A stretch of DNA of 64,000 nt, taken from the NCBI GenBank assembly GCA_963702435.1, contig CAVPCR010000004.1, positions 96,001-160,000 on the forward strand, read 5' to 3'. A program made the position numbers and the translations under genes. The notes beneath the pieces were generated by a model that saw only the letters and a list, made by a program, of their open reading frames with translations, was not told the DNA's origin and searched no databases. This document shows, piece after piece, positions 38,093 to 47,767 of this stretch; the stretch's first letter is position 1, and every line of letters begins with the position of its first letter. The DNA is from Candidatus Eiseniibacteriota bacterium. Lineage in GTDB: Bacteria > Eisenbacteria > RBG-16-71-46 > CAVPCR01.

Positions 38093-39417
38093 GCGCAGAC
38101 TTCCAGCTGTGGGATCGGCACGACGTGCTGCCCGCCCCAGGCGCGGATCGAGGAGGTCTGGGCCACGATCTCATCCTTGAGGTTCCAGGGCAGGATGAGG
38201 AGATAGTCGGGCCGCGTCGCCGCGATGCGGTCCACATCGAAGATCGGAATGTGCGTGCCCGGCAGGTACTTCCCGTGCTTGTACGGGTTGCGGTCCACCG
38301 TGTACTCGAGGAAGTCGGTGCGGATGCCGCAGTAGTTGAGAAGCGTGTTGCCCTTGCCGGGGGCGCCGTAGCCGGCCACGCGCCGTCCGGAATCCCGGGC
38401 CGCGACGAGGAAGGCGAGGAGCTTGCGCTTGGTCTCCGCGACCCGCGCGCCGAACGCCGCGTAGTAGTCGAGGCGCGCGATGCCGAGCTCGGCCTCCCGG
38501 GCGAGGAGCGCGGTCACCGCCGCACTCCCGCCGCCGCCGGCACCGGCACTGGATCCGGCGCCGCCGGCGGCGCCGGCATGCCGGGCGTAGAGGCGAAGCG
38601 AGCCGCCGTGGGTCGGGAGCTCCTCGACGTCCACGACCAGGAGACCGTGCCGCTCGAGGATGCGAACCGCCGTGGTGAGCGAGAAGTAGGAGTAGTGCTC
38701 GTGATAGATCGTGTCGAACTGGTTCCCGGCGATCAGGCGCACGAGATGGGGGAACTCGAGCGTGACGAGGCCGCGGGGCGCGAGGAGGATCCTGATCCCC
38801 GCGATGAAGTCGTTCAGGTCCGGCACCTGGGCGAGCACGTTGTTCCCGATGACGAGATCGGCAGCCCGACCCTCGGCCCGCAGGCGCTCGGCCGCCGCGG
38901 CGCCGAAGAACTCGATGCGGGTCGGGACGCCGCGGGCGGCAGCGGCGCGCGCCACGTTTGCCGCCGGCTCGATGCCGAGCACCGGGATCCGGCGCGGGAG
39001 GAAGTGCTGGAGCAGGTACCCGTCGTTGCTCGCGAGCTCGACGACGAGGCTCCCCGGACCGAGCTCCGCCCGCGCGCTGATCATCTCGACGTACCTGCGG
39101 GCGTGCTCGACCCAGGACGTGGAGTAGGAGGAGAAGTAGGCGTACTCGGTGAAGATCTCCTGCGCCGGCACGTGCTCCGGGAGCTGGACCAGGAAGCAGC
39201 TCGCGCAGACGCGCACGTCGAGCGGGTAGAAGACCTCCGGCCGGTCGAGCTGGTCGGCGGTGAGGAAGGTCTCGCAGAGCGGCGACATGCCGAGATCGAC
39301 GAAGGTGTGCTGGAGCGCGCCGCCGCAGAAGCGGCAGGCCGGCAGCCGACTCCCCGCCGCCGGCGCGCGGCTCGCCGGCCCTGTCGCCGGGTGGCTCCGG
39401 GGGAGCGCCGTGGTCAT
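38089..39417 (-). CDS. NDP-hexose C-methyltransferase (Zn-binding, SAM-dependent)
   Basis: CRFC..C..C Zn site, YAYFSS, ELASNDGYLL, FDTIYHEH, HGGSLR and GYGAPGKGNTLLN. Confidence 0.9.
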   Translation of the reverse strand: MTTALPRSHPATGPASRAPAAGSRLPACRFCGGALQHTFVDLGMSPLCETFLTADQLDRPEVFYPLDVRVCASCFLVQLPEHVPAQEIFTEYAYFSSYSTSWVEHARRYVEMISARAELGPGSLVVELASNDGYLLQHFLPRRIPVLGIEPAANVARAAAARGVPTRIEFFGAAAAERLRAEGRAADLVIGNNVLAQVPDLNDFIAGIRILLAPRGLVTLEFPHLVRLIAGNQFDTIYHEHYSYFSLTTAVRILERHGLLVVDVEELPTHGGSLRLYARHAGAAGGAGSSAGAGGGGSAAVTALLAREAELGIARLDYYAAFGARVAETKRKLLAFLVAARDSGRRVAGYGAPGKGNTLLNYCGIRTDFLEYTVDRNPYKHGKYLPGTHIPIFDVDRIAATRPDYLLILPWNLKDEIVAQTSSIRAWGGQHVVPIPQLEVCA

Positions 39418-40475
39418 GCCGCCATCCTCTTCGTCCAGCGGAGCTCCTGGTCGAGAGCGCCTTGCTCGCGGAGCCGCGTCAGGTGATTGATGCGCATGAG
39501 GCCGGAGTCGCGGAACGCGCCGTCGCGGAAACCCATCGCAACGAGGGCGTCGCGGAGCCGCAGGATCGAGGCATCGAGGTCGGCGGCGGGCTGATGCGCC
39601 GGCGCGAGCCGCCGGAACAGTCCGAAGTCCACGCGATAGGAGCGCCGGTCCGGGGGCGCGGCTTCGTTGATCGCGACCCGTCCGCCGTCGACGCGGGCGG
39701 CCACCGCGGCCGCCAGATCCCGGACCCGGAAGTTCCAGGCGCCGGAGCCGGCGTTGACGGCCAGGAAGCCGTTGTCGTCGCCGGCCGGCTCCCGCGCGAT
39801 GGCCCACTCGATCGCGCGCGCCATGTCCGCCACGTCGATGAGCGGGCGCCAGGGCGTGCCGTCGCTCAGCACCGTGATGGTCTGGCCGGCGACCGCGCAG
39901 GCGAGGAAGTCGTTCAAGACGAGGTCGAGCCGGAGACGAGGACTCATGCCGCAGGCGGTCGCGAAGCGGAGGCTCGTCACCCGGAAGTCGGAGGTGGCCA
40001 GGGGGCGGAGATCGCGTTCGGCGAGGGCCTTGGAGCGCGCGTAGGGCGTGAGCGGGTCGAGCGGCGACCGCTCGGTGCGCGGCCGATCATCGGCGGAGCC
40101 GTACAGGCTGCAGCTCGAAGCGAAGACGAACGAGCGCACGCCGGCGGCGCGCGCCATCGCGGCGAGCTTCACCGTCGCCACATGGTTGATCTGGTAGGTC
40201 GCCTGCGTGTAGGCGTTCCCGATCGGGTCGTTGGAGATCGCCGCGAGATGGACGACGGCGTCCGTGCCCGCGAGGAGAGCGGGATCGAAGCCGCGCACGT
40301 CGCCCACGTGCTGCTCGTCGAGCTGGGACTCCGGCGGCACATCGGTGCCGGTCAGGCAGGGCGCGAAGAACCCGGCGTCGAAGCCCGCGATCATCGCATC
40401 AGGGAAGGCGGCACGCAGATGCCCGCCGACGACCGAGCCGACGTAGCCCATGTTCCCCGTCACCAGGATCTTCAT
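39414..40475 (-). CDS. NAD-dependent epimerase/dehydratase (SDR)
   Basis: VTGNMGYVG, HLAAISND, ASSCS.YG, YARSK and SDGTPWRP. Confidence 0.92.
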   Translation of the reverse strand: MKILVTGNMGYVGSVVGGHLRAAFPDAMIAGFDAGFFAPCLTGTDVPPESQLDEQHVGDVRGFDPALLAGTDAVVHLAAISNDPIGNAYTQATYQINHVATVKLAAMARAAGVRSFVFASSCSLYGSADDRPRTERSPLDPLTPYARSKALAERDLRPLATSDFRVTSLRFATACGMSPRLRLDLVLNDFLACAVAGQTITVLSDGTPWRPLIDVADMARAIEWAIAREPAGDDNGFLAVNAGSGAWNFRVRDLAAAVAARVDGGRVAINEAAPPDRRSYRVDFGLFRRLAPAHQPAADLDASILRLRDALVAMGFRDGAFRDSGLMRINHLTRLREQGALDQELRWTKRMAA

Positions 40476-41287
40476 GCGACGCGTCCTTCCTCGTGCCCGC
40501 TCCGGGGTGACCGGCCGTTCTTCCACACCATCCACGGCGTATCCCCCTGCTCCACCATGCTGTCGAGCTGCATCTTGTCCTTGAAGGTGTCGGCGCAGAC
40601 CCAGAACCCGCGGTAGTCGTAGGTCACGAGCTCGCGGGCTCGGATCAGGCGATGGAAAGGCTCCTCGACCAGGTCCTCGCCGGGCCGCATGTGGTCGAAG
40701 ATCTCCTGCTTCAAAACGAAGAAGCCGCAGTTGATGTGGGTGGCGGCATGGACCGGCTTGATGTCGGTGACCAGATGCTGCTCGTTCCACCGGACGACGT
40801 GGAAGCTCGCGGTCGGGCGCACCGACAGGAAGCACGCCACCTTGTCCTGCCGGCGGGCGAAGTCGAGGTAGGAGTCGAGAGGCAGATCGGTCAGACCGTC
40901 CGAGTAGTTGGCCAGGAAGGCCGGTTCGCCCTCGAGGTAGCGGCGCACCCGGCACAGGCGCTCGCCGATCGTGCTCGTGAGCCCGGTATCCACGAAGGTG
41001 ATGTTCCAGTCGTGGATGTCCTGGTTCTGGAGCTCGAGATCGTTGCCGCCGTTGCGCATCACGAAGTCGTTGGAGATCGCCTCGTTGTACTGGAGGAAGA
41101 ACTCCTTGATCGAGTCGCCGCGGTAACCCAGGCACAGGATGAAGTCCTTGTGGCCATGGTGCGCGTAGTACTTCATGACGTGCCAGAGGAGCGGCTGGTC
41201 GCCGATCTTGACCATCGGCTTCGGGATCTGCTGCGAGTAGTCGCGGATCCGGAGTCCCAGGCCGCCGCAGAAGAGCACCACCTTCAT
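40472..41287 (-). CDS. rfbF: Glucose-1-phosphate cytidylyltransferase
   Basis: LFCGGLG.RI..PKPMV.IG, LCLGY.G..IKE.F, NYSDG and GFW...DTFKD. Confidence 0.88.
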   Translation of the reverse strand: MKVVLFCGGLGLRIRDYSQQIPKPMVKIGDQPLLWHVMKYYAHHGHKDFILCLGYRGDSIKEFFLQYNEAISNDFVMRNGGNDLELQNQDIHDWNITFVDTGLTSTIGERLCRVRRYLEGEPAFLANYSDGLTDLPLDSYLDFARRQDKVACFLSVRPTASFHVVRWNEQHLVTDIKPVHAATHINCGFFVLKQEIFDHMRPGEDLVEEPFHRLIRARELVTYDYRGFWVCADTFKDKMQLDSMVEQGDTPWMVWKNGRSPRSGHEEGRVA

Positions 41288-41292
41288 GCCGT

Positions 41293-42699
41293 TCACCTCG
41301 CGCCGCGGGTATCGCCGCGGGCATCGTTCCGGGTGTGGGTGCGATAATCCGCCCGGGTCCCGTCCCGGGCATCGCCCGTCCGGCGGTCGACCGGTCGTAC
41401 CGGCCGGCCCTCGAGGACCGAGTCGATGCCGTCGGTGAGACCGCGCCGGTAGACGAGGAGGGCTTCGCGGACCGCCTCGACCGTGCGGTCGATGTCGGAG
41501 TCCGAGTGGGAGTAGCTGACGACGAACGAGGGGCCGAGCACGCCGCGCTTGATGAGCTCTTGCATGAACAGGGTGCGGAACGCCTGCGACGGCTTCCGCT
41601 CCGCATCGCGGGTGACGTAGATGAGATTGCAGGGCCGGCCCGCGACCTGCACGTACTCGGAGAGGCCGAGATCCGCCGCCGCCGCCTCGCACCCGTGCCG
41701 GAGCCGGGTGCCCTGCCGGTGGAGCGCTGCGATGACCGGCTCCTGCTCGTAGACCTCGATGGTGGCGATGGCGGCGGCGAGCGCATGGGTCTCGGCGCCG
41801 TGCGTGGTCGAGAGGAGGAAGACGCGGTCGCGGTCGTGCGCGAAACCGCCGAGCTCCATCACCTCGCGCCTGCCGACCAGGGCGGAGAGCGCGAAGCCGT
41901 TGGCGAGGGCCTTGCCGAAGGCGGAGAGATCGGGCTCGACGCCGTAGACCGCCTGCGCGCCGCCCAGGTGCCAGCGGAAGCCGGTGATCATCTCGTCGAG
42001 GACGAAGAGGGCGCCGTTCGCGTGCGCGAGCTCGCACGCGGCACGGAGGAATCCGTCGCGGGGCGGCGTCTCGCGCTCCGGCTCGAGGAGGACGCAGGCG
42101 ACCCGGCCCGGGTACCGCGCGAACACGGCGCGCAGGCTCTGGAGGTCGTTGTAGCGGAAGGTGGCAGTGAGGCTCCGGTGGGGTTCCGGGATGCCGGCCG
42201 CCATCTGCCACGAGCCGATGAACCAGTCGTTGTAGGAAAAGAAGGGATGATCCGCGCAGTAGGCCACGATGTCGCGTCCCGTATAGGCGCGGGCCAATCG
42301 GGTCGCCGCGGTGACGACCGTCGACCCGTCCTTGGCGAACTTGACCTGGTCGCCGCCGGGGAGCACGCCGAGGAGCTTCTCCGCGCACTCGACCTCGATC
42401 GGGGCGGGGCGCGTGAAGTTGCTTCCGAGCTCCATCTGCCGGGCCGCGGCGCGCACGACCGGCGGGTAGGCGTGGCCGAGCGCCACCGCCCGGAGCCCCA
42501 TGCCGTACTCGATGTACTCGTTGCCGTCCGCATCCCACACGTGCGAGCCCCGGCCGCGCACGATGAAACCGGGGGCGCTCTCGGGATACTGGTCGTCGCC
42601 CTTGGCATAGGTGTGGCAGCCGCCGGGAATCAGCGCATGTGCGAGCCGGCGCAGGTCGCGGGACGGTTCGGGGACCCGGGGCGAGGCGAGGTGGGTCAT
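41293..42699 (-). CDS. Class III PLP aminotransferase (glutamate-1-semialdehyde aminomutase-like)
   Basis: PGGCHTYAKGDDQ, DEMITGFR, FGK and STTHG. Confidence 0.88.
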   Translation of the reverse strand: MTHLASPRVPEPSRDLRRLAHALIPGGCHTYAKGDDQYPESAPGFIVRGRGSHVWDADGNEYIEYGMGLRAVALGHAYPPVVRAAARQMELGSNFTRPAPIEVECAEKLLGVLPGGDQVKFAKDGSTVVTAATRLARAYTGRDIVAYCADHPFFSYNDWFIGSWQMAAGIPEPHRSLTATFRYNDLQSLRAVFARYPGRVACVLLEPERETPPRDGFLRAACELAHANGALFVLDEMITGFRWHLGGAQAVYGVEPDLSAFGKALANGFALSALVGRREVMELGGFAHDRDRVFLLSTTHGAETHALAAAIATIEVYEQEPVIAALHRQGTRLRHGCEAAAADLGLSEYVQVAGRPCNLIYVTRDAERKPSQAFRTLFMQELIKRGVLGPSFVVSYSHSDSDIDRTVEAVREALLVYRRGLTDGIDSVLEGRPVRPVDRRTGDARDGTRADYRTHTRNDARGDTRGAR

Positions 42700-43361
42700 G
42701 GGCGATCCCCCAGGAAGCGGAGCTTCCGGCAGTGAAAGGCCTCGGCCAGACCGCTCGGTGCGTTGCACTCCATGCCGCGGAGCCGGAGCAAGGCCAGGAA
42801 CAGATCGGCGGTGAACCACGTCTTGGCCGCCTGCGACGGATAGGCGGCGAGGAGGGCATCCACCTTGCGCCGGACGGTGGCCGCCGCGAGCGGGGCGAAG
42901 GCGTTCGGATGCCCGAGATCGCCGTCGTACTTCGGCACCTCGTACTCGAGAATCAGGTGATCGCGGAACGTGTTCCAGGTGAGCTCGCTCACGAGCCGAT
43001 GGTCCTGATGCAGATCGTGGCGGTGGTGCGTGAAGATCAGGTCCGGTCGCACCCGGTCCTTGAGCCTCTCGAACTCCTCCTTGATCTGCGGCCCGAGGTA
43101 GGGCAGGAACCCGTCGCGATGCGCCCGGATCTCGAGCTCCGCGACCTCTGCCGCACCCAGGAACACGGCAGCCGAGCGCTCGATCTCGCGCGCCCGTTCC
43201 GGATCCGACGACAGGACGAACCAGGTGACTCGCGCCGGTCGCTCCGCGGTCAGCTCGAGGAGCGTGCCGCCGCAACCGATCTCGATGTCGTCGCCGTGGG
43301 CGCCGACGCAGAGGATCGAGAGGGGGGTCGCCGCGGGAGCCGGCAGGTGCAAGGTCAGCAT
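42696..43361 (-). CDS. PIG-L/LmbE family deacetylase
   Basis: GAHGDDIEIG, D.HQDH, EYE.PKYDGD and AEAF. Confidence 0.9.
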   Translation of the reverse strand: MLTLHLPAPAATPLSILCVGAHGDDIEIGCGGTLLELTAERPARVTWFVLSSDPERAREIERSAAVFLGAAEVAELEIRAHRDGFLPYLGPQIKEEFERLKDRVRPDLIFTHHRHDLHQDHRLVSELTWNTFRDHLILEYEVPKYDGDLGHPNAFAPLAAATVRRKVDALLAAYPSQAAKTWFTADLFLALLRLRGMECNAPSGLAEAFHCRKLRFLGDRP

Positions 43362-43366
43362 GGTCG

Positions 43367-44560
43367 TCAGGAGCAGGTGAGCTCGGGATAGAGGTTGGCG
43401 ACTCCGCGCACGTCCACGTCGGAATGCACGACGAAGCTCCGCGCCATCCGCCGCTGATCGACGGTCCGGTGGATGTCGGGCCGAAGGAGAGCGACGTTCA
43501 GGTAGTAGGAGCCGGGAGCGAGGTGCATGGCGAGCGCGAAGGTGAGCGTCTTCGGCTGGCCGGGGGCGAGGATCAGCGGACCGCCGGCCAGGTGCGTCGA
43601 GTCGACCTGGAAGAAGAGGTTGTCGTTCTCGTCGCGGAGCGAGAGGGCGACCGCCAGCGGATCGCCGGTATCCGCCGAGACCGTGACGTCGACGAACCCT
43701 CTCTCCCCCGGCCGGAACAGGCTGACCTCGCCGTGCGCGCCGCGCAGGACCACGCGGTCGATGCGCGCCTCCTTGGCCTCCGCGCAGGGCACGAGGGCCT
43801 CGGCAGCTGCGCGCCGGACGTAGCGATCCACCACCTCGCCGGGCCGGCCCGTCGCCTGCACGTGACCTTCTTCGAGATAGATGGCGCGGTCGCACAGCTC
43901 GACCACGGCCTTCAGGTTGTGCGAGACGAAGATGACGGTGGCGCCGCTCTCGAGGATGCTCTTCATCTTGGCCATCGACTTCTGCTGGAAGCTCCAGTCG
44001 CCGACGCTGAGCACCTCGTCCACGACCAGGACGTCGGGCTCGACATGGCAGGCGATCGAGAACCCGAGGCGGGCGTACATGCCGGAGGAGTAACGCTTGA
44101 CGGGAGTGTCGATGAACTTGCGGAGCCCGGAGAACTCGACGATGTCGTCGAGGCGGGCCCTGGTCTGCTTCCGGCTCATGCCGAGGATCGCCCCGTTCAG
44201 GAGGATGTTCTCCCGGCCGGTCAGGTCGGGATGGAATCCGGCGCCGACCTCGATCAGTGCGGAGAGCGACCCGCGCACGGTGCGGGTGCCGGACGTCGGA
44301 TGCATGATGCCGACCAGGATCTTGAGCACGGTGCTCTTGCCGGCGCCGTTGGGCCCGATGATCCCGAGCGCCTCCCCCTTCTCCACGCCGAAAGAGACAT
44401 CCTCGAGGGCCCAGAACTCCCGGGCGCGGAGCGCCGGGCCCGGCGCGCGGCGGAGGAACGAGCCCGCGAGCGCGGGCAGGAGGTCGCGCAGCGAATCGTG
44501 CAGCTCCCCGCGGCGGAACTTCTTCGACACGTGCATGAATTCGAGGATGTGGTCAGCCAT
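43367..44560 (-). CDS. wzt: Polysaccharide ABC transporter ATP-binding protein with Wzt C-terminal domain
   Basis: FWAL.DVSF, GPNGAGKST, YSSGM.ARL, DEVLSVGD and VSH, plus a C-terminal carbohydrate-binding-like extension. Confidence 0.92.
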   Translation of the reverse strand: MADHILEFMHVSKKFRRGELHDSLRDLLPALAGSFLRRAPGPALRAREFWALEDVSFGVEKGEALGIIGPNGAGKSTVLKILVGIMHPTSGTRTVRGSLSALIEVGAGFHPDLTGRENILLNGAILGMSRKQTRARLDDIVEFSGLRKFIDTPVKRYSSGMYARLGFSIACHVEPDVLVVDEVLSVGDWSFQQKSMAKMKSILESGATVIFVSHNLKAVVELCDRAIYLEEGHVQATGRPGEVVDRYVRRAAAEALVPCAEAKEARIDRVVLRGAHGEVSLFRPGERGFVDVTVSADTGDPLAVALSLRDENDNLFFQVDSTHLAGGPLILAPGQPKTLTFALAMHLAPGSYYLNVALLRPDIHRTVDQRRMARSFVVHSDVDVRGVANLYPELTCS

Positions 44561-44571
44561 GGTCCGCTTTC

Positions 44572-45357
44572 TCAGATGGACTCGGCGAACAGCGGTTCCA
44601 CGCGCGTGAAGGAGGTGACGGCGACGACCAGGAGGACGGCGGCCAGCCCACCGCTGTAGGCGGTCCACAGGGGGTCGGGGGCCTGGTGCAGGACCACGCA
44701 AGCGCGCAGCCCCTCGAGGATCGGGGCGACCGGATTCAGGTGGAGGTACTGGGCGCGGGAGCCGAACATCTCCGCCTCGTAGAGGACCGGCGTGAAGAAG
44801 ATGGCGAAGGTGAGGAGGACCTCGACCACGTACTTTACGTCCCGGAAGAAGAGGTTGGCGGCGGCGAGGAGGATCCCGAGACCGAGGGCCAGCGCGACCA
44901 GGATCGCGACGAGGAGCGGGACCCACAAGAGCTCGGCGCTCGCGCCGACGCCGAGGACCGCGAGCAGGACGGCGAGCACCGCGGACGCGATCAGGAAGTC
45001 GAAGAACTGCGAGGCGACCGCGGCCACCGGGAAGATGAGCCGCGGGAAGTAGATCTTGGTGACCAGATTGTGGTTGGCGATGAGCGCCACCGACGAGAAG
45101 CGGATGCTCGCGACGAAGAACGCCCACGGCAGCGACTTGACCGCGATGGCGAGGAGCGCCTCGCGGTGGAGCGGGGCGGCGGCGAAGTGCGAGAAGGCGA
45201 GCCGGATGACGACGCCGGCGGCGACGATGACCATGGGCATGAAGATGGCCCACAGGAAGCCCATCACCGACTGCTTGTACTTGATGTGGATGTCACGCCA
45301 CGTGATCATGAGCAGCAGATCGCGATGGCGGTGCATCGAGCGGAGTGCCGTCCACAT
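44572..45357 (-). CDS. wzm: Polysaccharide ABC transporter permease
   Basis: RDI..KYKQS.MG..W, KIYFPR, FRDV, TPVLY and LNP. Confidence 0.92.
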   Translation of the reverse strand: MWTALRSMHRHRDLLLMITWRDIHIKYKQSVMGFLWAIFMPMVIVAAGVVIRLAFSHFAAAPLHREALLAIAVKSLPWAFFVASIRFSSVALIANHNLVTKIYFPRLIFPVAAVASQFFDFLIASAVLAVLLAVLGVGASAELLWVPLLVAILVALALGLGILLAAANLFFRDVKYVVEVLLTFAIFFTPVLYEAEMFGSRAQYLHLNPVAPILEGLRACVVLHQAPDPLWTAYSGGLAAVLLVVAVTSFTRVEPLFAESI

Positions 45358-46447
45358 CGTGGTGTCCTCGCGTGAATGGGGAGGGAGCCGGGAGCCCGGC
45401 GGCGCCCGCGGCCCTCGCGCCCGGATGGGCGGCGGCCGGCATGGGCCGGGGCCCGCCGCACGCGGCGCGGGCCAGGCGGCCGAGATGCGGCCACGGATTG
45501 GCGATCGTCGAGAGCGCGGTGCGGGCCGCGGCGCGGGCGACAGCGCCGCGGCGGATCCGGTAGCCGCTCGTGGCGAGCGCGCTCCGGTGGTAGTGCCAGA
45601 AGGCGGCGCCGGCGCCCTGGACGGCGCGCTCCCCCAGGAACCGGTAGTAGGCGGTCTCGACCTGCCGCCGGCAGGCGGCGCACTCCTCCGGGTCGAGGTA
45701 GCGAGGTCCGAACTTGAGGGTGACGATGAGCCGGTCGAGGAGATGGTGCGGATCGTGGACCTTGCGGGCGGCGGTCATCGATTCCTGCTGCCGCCGCGTG
45801 AAGGTGAGCACCTGGTGCACGAATCCGAGATCGTGCTCGAGCAGGATCTCGTAGCAGGCCTCGGTGTCCTCGTGCAGGCTCTGCTCGTTGAAGAACGGCC
45901 GGCGCCGCCGCACGATATCGCTGCGATAGAGCAGCGTGTTGGGCGACCCGAAGACGAAGATGTCCGCGCACAGCGTTGCCCGGCCGATGTCACGCCCGCG
46001 GAAGAGAGTGCGCCCGGGCGGCAGCCCGGCGCAGTTCAGGCGGCGATCATCCAGGCGATAGGCGCTGACGATGCCCGCGGAGGGATGCCCCTCGGCCACG
46101 CGCACCATCTCCTCGAGGCAGCGCGGGAACATCCAGTCATCGGCCAGCACCATCTTCGCGTACCTGCTGCGGGGCGAGATGAGCGCGAGCGCCGCGTTCA
46201 GATTGTCGGTCTGGGCGCGGAACGCGCTGTTGGTCACGACCGAGATCCGGCGGTCGCGGGCGGCATAGGAGCGCGCGATCTCGAGCGAGCGATCGGTGCT
46301 CCGATTGTCGAGGATCGTGTAGTCCCAGTTGTCGTAGGTCTGGGCGAGCACGCTCTCGATGCACTCGGCGAGGTAGGGCTCTCCGTTGTAGACCGGAGTG
46401 ACCACGCTGACGAGGGGGGCGGCAGCAAGCCGCAGGGGCCCGATCAT
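45293..46447 (-). CDS. Glycosyltransferase family 2
   Basis: VSVVTPVYNGE.YL.ECIESVL.QT, DNRSTD, ADD and ED motifs. Confidence 0.9.
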   Translation of the reverse strand: MIGPLRLAAAPLVSVVTPVYNGEPYLAECIESVLAQTYDNWDYTILDNRSTDRSLEIARSYAARDRRISVVTNSAFRAQTDNLNAALALISPRSRYAKMVLADDWMFPRCLEEMVRVAEGHPSAGIVSAYRLDDRRLNCAGLPPGRTLFRGRDIGRATLCADIFVFGSPNTLLYRSDIVRRRRPFFNEQSLHEDTEACYEILLEHDLGFVHQVLTFTRRQQESMTAARKVHDPHHLLDRLIVTLKFGPRYLDPEECAACRRQVETAYYRFLGERAVQGAGAAFWHYHRSALATSGYRIRRGAVARAAARTALSTIANPWPHLGRLARAACGGPRPMPAAAHPGARAAGAAGLPAPSPFTRGHHDVDGTPLDAPPSRSAAHDHVA

Positions 46448-46743
46448 GCGCCGGCCGCCCCGTGGGCGAGCGGTCGCTCGCCGGGTCGATGGGTCGTCGC
46501 CATTCCTCTCTCGCCTGCCTTCCGGTGTGCGGTACTCGTCTGCCGCCGCCTGGCGGGGTCACCACGCAGGTTATCGGCCGGTCCGCGGGCGGAAGTCAGC
46601 GGCGCGACTGGGGTTCAGGGGGGCGAGGCGGAGCGGCGATGGATGCCGGATCTCGGCGCTGGCTCAGGGTGGAGCAGCCACCGGCGGCCGGGCTCGGCCC
46701 GGGCCGGGGCCGGCCCCGGAGCGGCGCGCGGGCCCGGCCGGGC

Positions 46744-47553
46744 TCAGGCAGCCCGGCGTGTGCCGGCGAGAAGCGCCTGGTGATGGCGCGTCTTGATGAA
46801 GGTGGCGGCGCAGTGCTCCGCGAAGGACTCGAGCATCCGCACGTGGACCGGCGTGAAGTCCTCGCCGCCGGCGGTCCGGCAGACGTTGACCACCCCTATC
46901 GTCGTGTCCCGGAAGCGCATGGGGACGATCAGGCTCGAGGAGATGTTGCGGCCCGGCTTGATCTGGTTCGGGAAGCGGGCCTGCATGACGGCCGGAGTCA
47001 GGAGGAGGGACTCGCCCGAGGTGAAGACACGGCCCGCGATGCCGTCGCCGGGCTGCGCGGTCGAGCCGGCCACCAGGTTCGCATCGATGCCGGACACCGC
47101 CTTCACCTCGAGGAGCCCCGTCTCCTCGTTGTGCAGCATGATCGAGGACTGGTGCGCTTCGAAACAGGAGAGGAGGCGCTGGCAGGCGAGCTCGAGCATG
47201 CTCTGCATGTCGAGCCGGAGCTGGAGCTGCGTACTCGTGTCGAAGAGGAAGGAGAGCTCGCCCAGACGGGCCTTGAGCGACGCCTCGCGGACCGCCATCT
47301 CCTGGCAGCGGGCCTGCACCCGGCAGAGCTCGCGGTGCTTGTTCGTCGCATAGAGGACGAAGAGGAGGACGAGCCCCGAGAGTCCGATGAGGGTGGGCCA
47401 GCGCCGGGCCAGCATCTCGCGCCGCACCGCGCCGTCGGCGGTCGTCCAGCTCGAGAGGACGAGGGCGGCGCAGAGCGAGGCGACCAGGAGGAGACCGAGG
47501 TTCAGGAGCGAGCCGCGCTGGCGTTCGATCGAGGTGGTCTTCAGACCGGCCAT
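46744..47553 (-). CDS. Two-TM protein with coiled coil and C-terminal GAF domain
   Basis: Two hydrophobic segments, then SIML..GDGIAG.V..GE.LL..SSLIVPM...IGVVNV..FT. GGAG lies upstream of ATG 47553. Confidence 0.8.
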   Translation of the reverse strand: MAGLKTTSIERQRGSLLNLGLLLVASLCAALVLSSWTTADGAVRREMLARRWPTLIGLSGLVLLFVLYATNKHRELCRVQARCQEMAVREASLKARLGELSFLFDTSTQLQLRLDMQSMLELACQRLLSCFEAHQSSIMLHNEETGLLEVKAVSGIDANLVAGSTAQPGDGIAGRVFTSGESLLLTPAVMQARFPNQIKPGRNISSSLIVPMRFRDTTIGVVNVCRTAGGEDFTPVHVRMLESFAEHCAATFIKTRHHQALLAGTRRAA

Positions 47554-47639
47554 GGAATCTCCGGCGGAGGAGACGGCGAACCGGAGCCGGCGCGGTGCGC
47601 GCGGGCTCGTCGCCGTATCTATCGGCAGCCGGCGGTGCT

Positions 47640-47704
47640 GCCGCCAGGACAACGCGGGGCCGCCGCCAGGACGGCGCGGGGCGCCGCCAGGACAGCGCGG
47701 GGCC
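47640..47704. repeat. Three tandem 21-22 bp direct repeats upstream of the GAF gene
   Basis: GCCGCCAGGAC(AA/GG/AG)CGCGGGGC copies start at 47640, 47662 and 47683. Confidence 0.85.
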
Positions 47705-47767
47705 GTGTGCACCAGATCGGGGCAGGTGCCTCCGACCGGGACGGCAGCGGCAGGTTTCGGGTCTAGA

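Noticed and set aside
45293..45357. 65-bp overlap between the GT2 gene and wzm
   Set aside because: The GT2 tail is low-complexity and the overlap could be stop-codon drift or another indel. It is not informative alone.
46448..46743. Possible ops/JUMPstart element ahead of the polysaccharide operon
   Set aside because: The best match GGCGGCAG deviates from GGCGGTAG and lacks the rest of the consensus.
47640..47704. Possible mini-CRISPR
   Set aside because: The repeats are directly adjacent with no spacers, and there are no cas genes.
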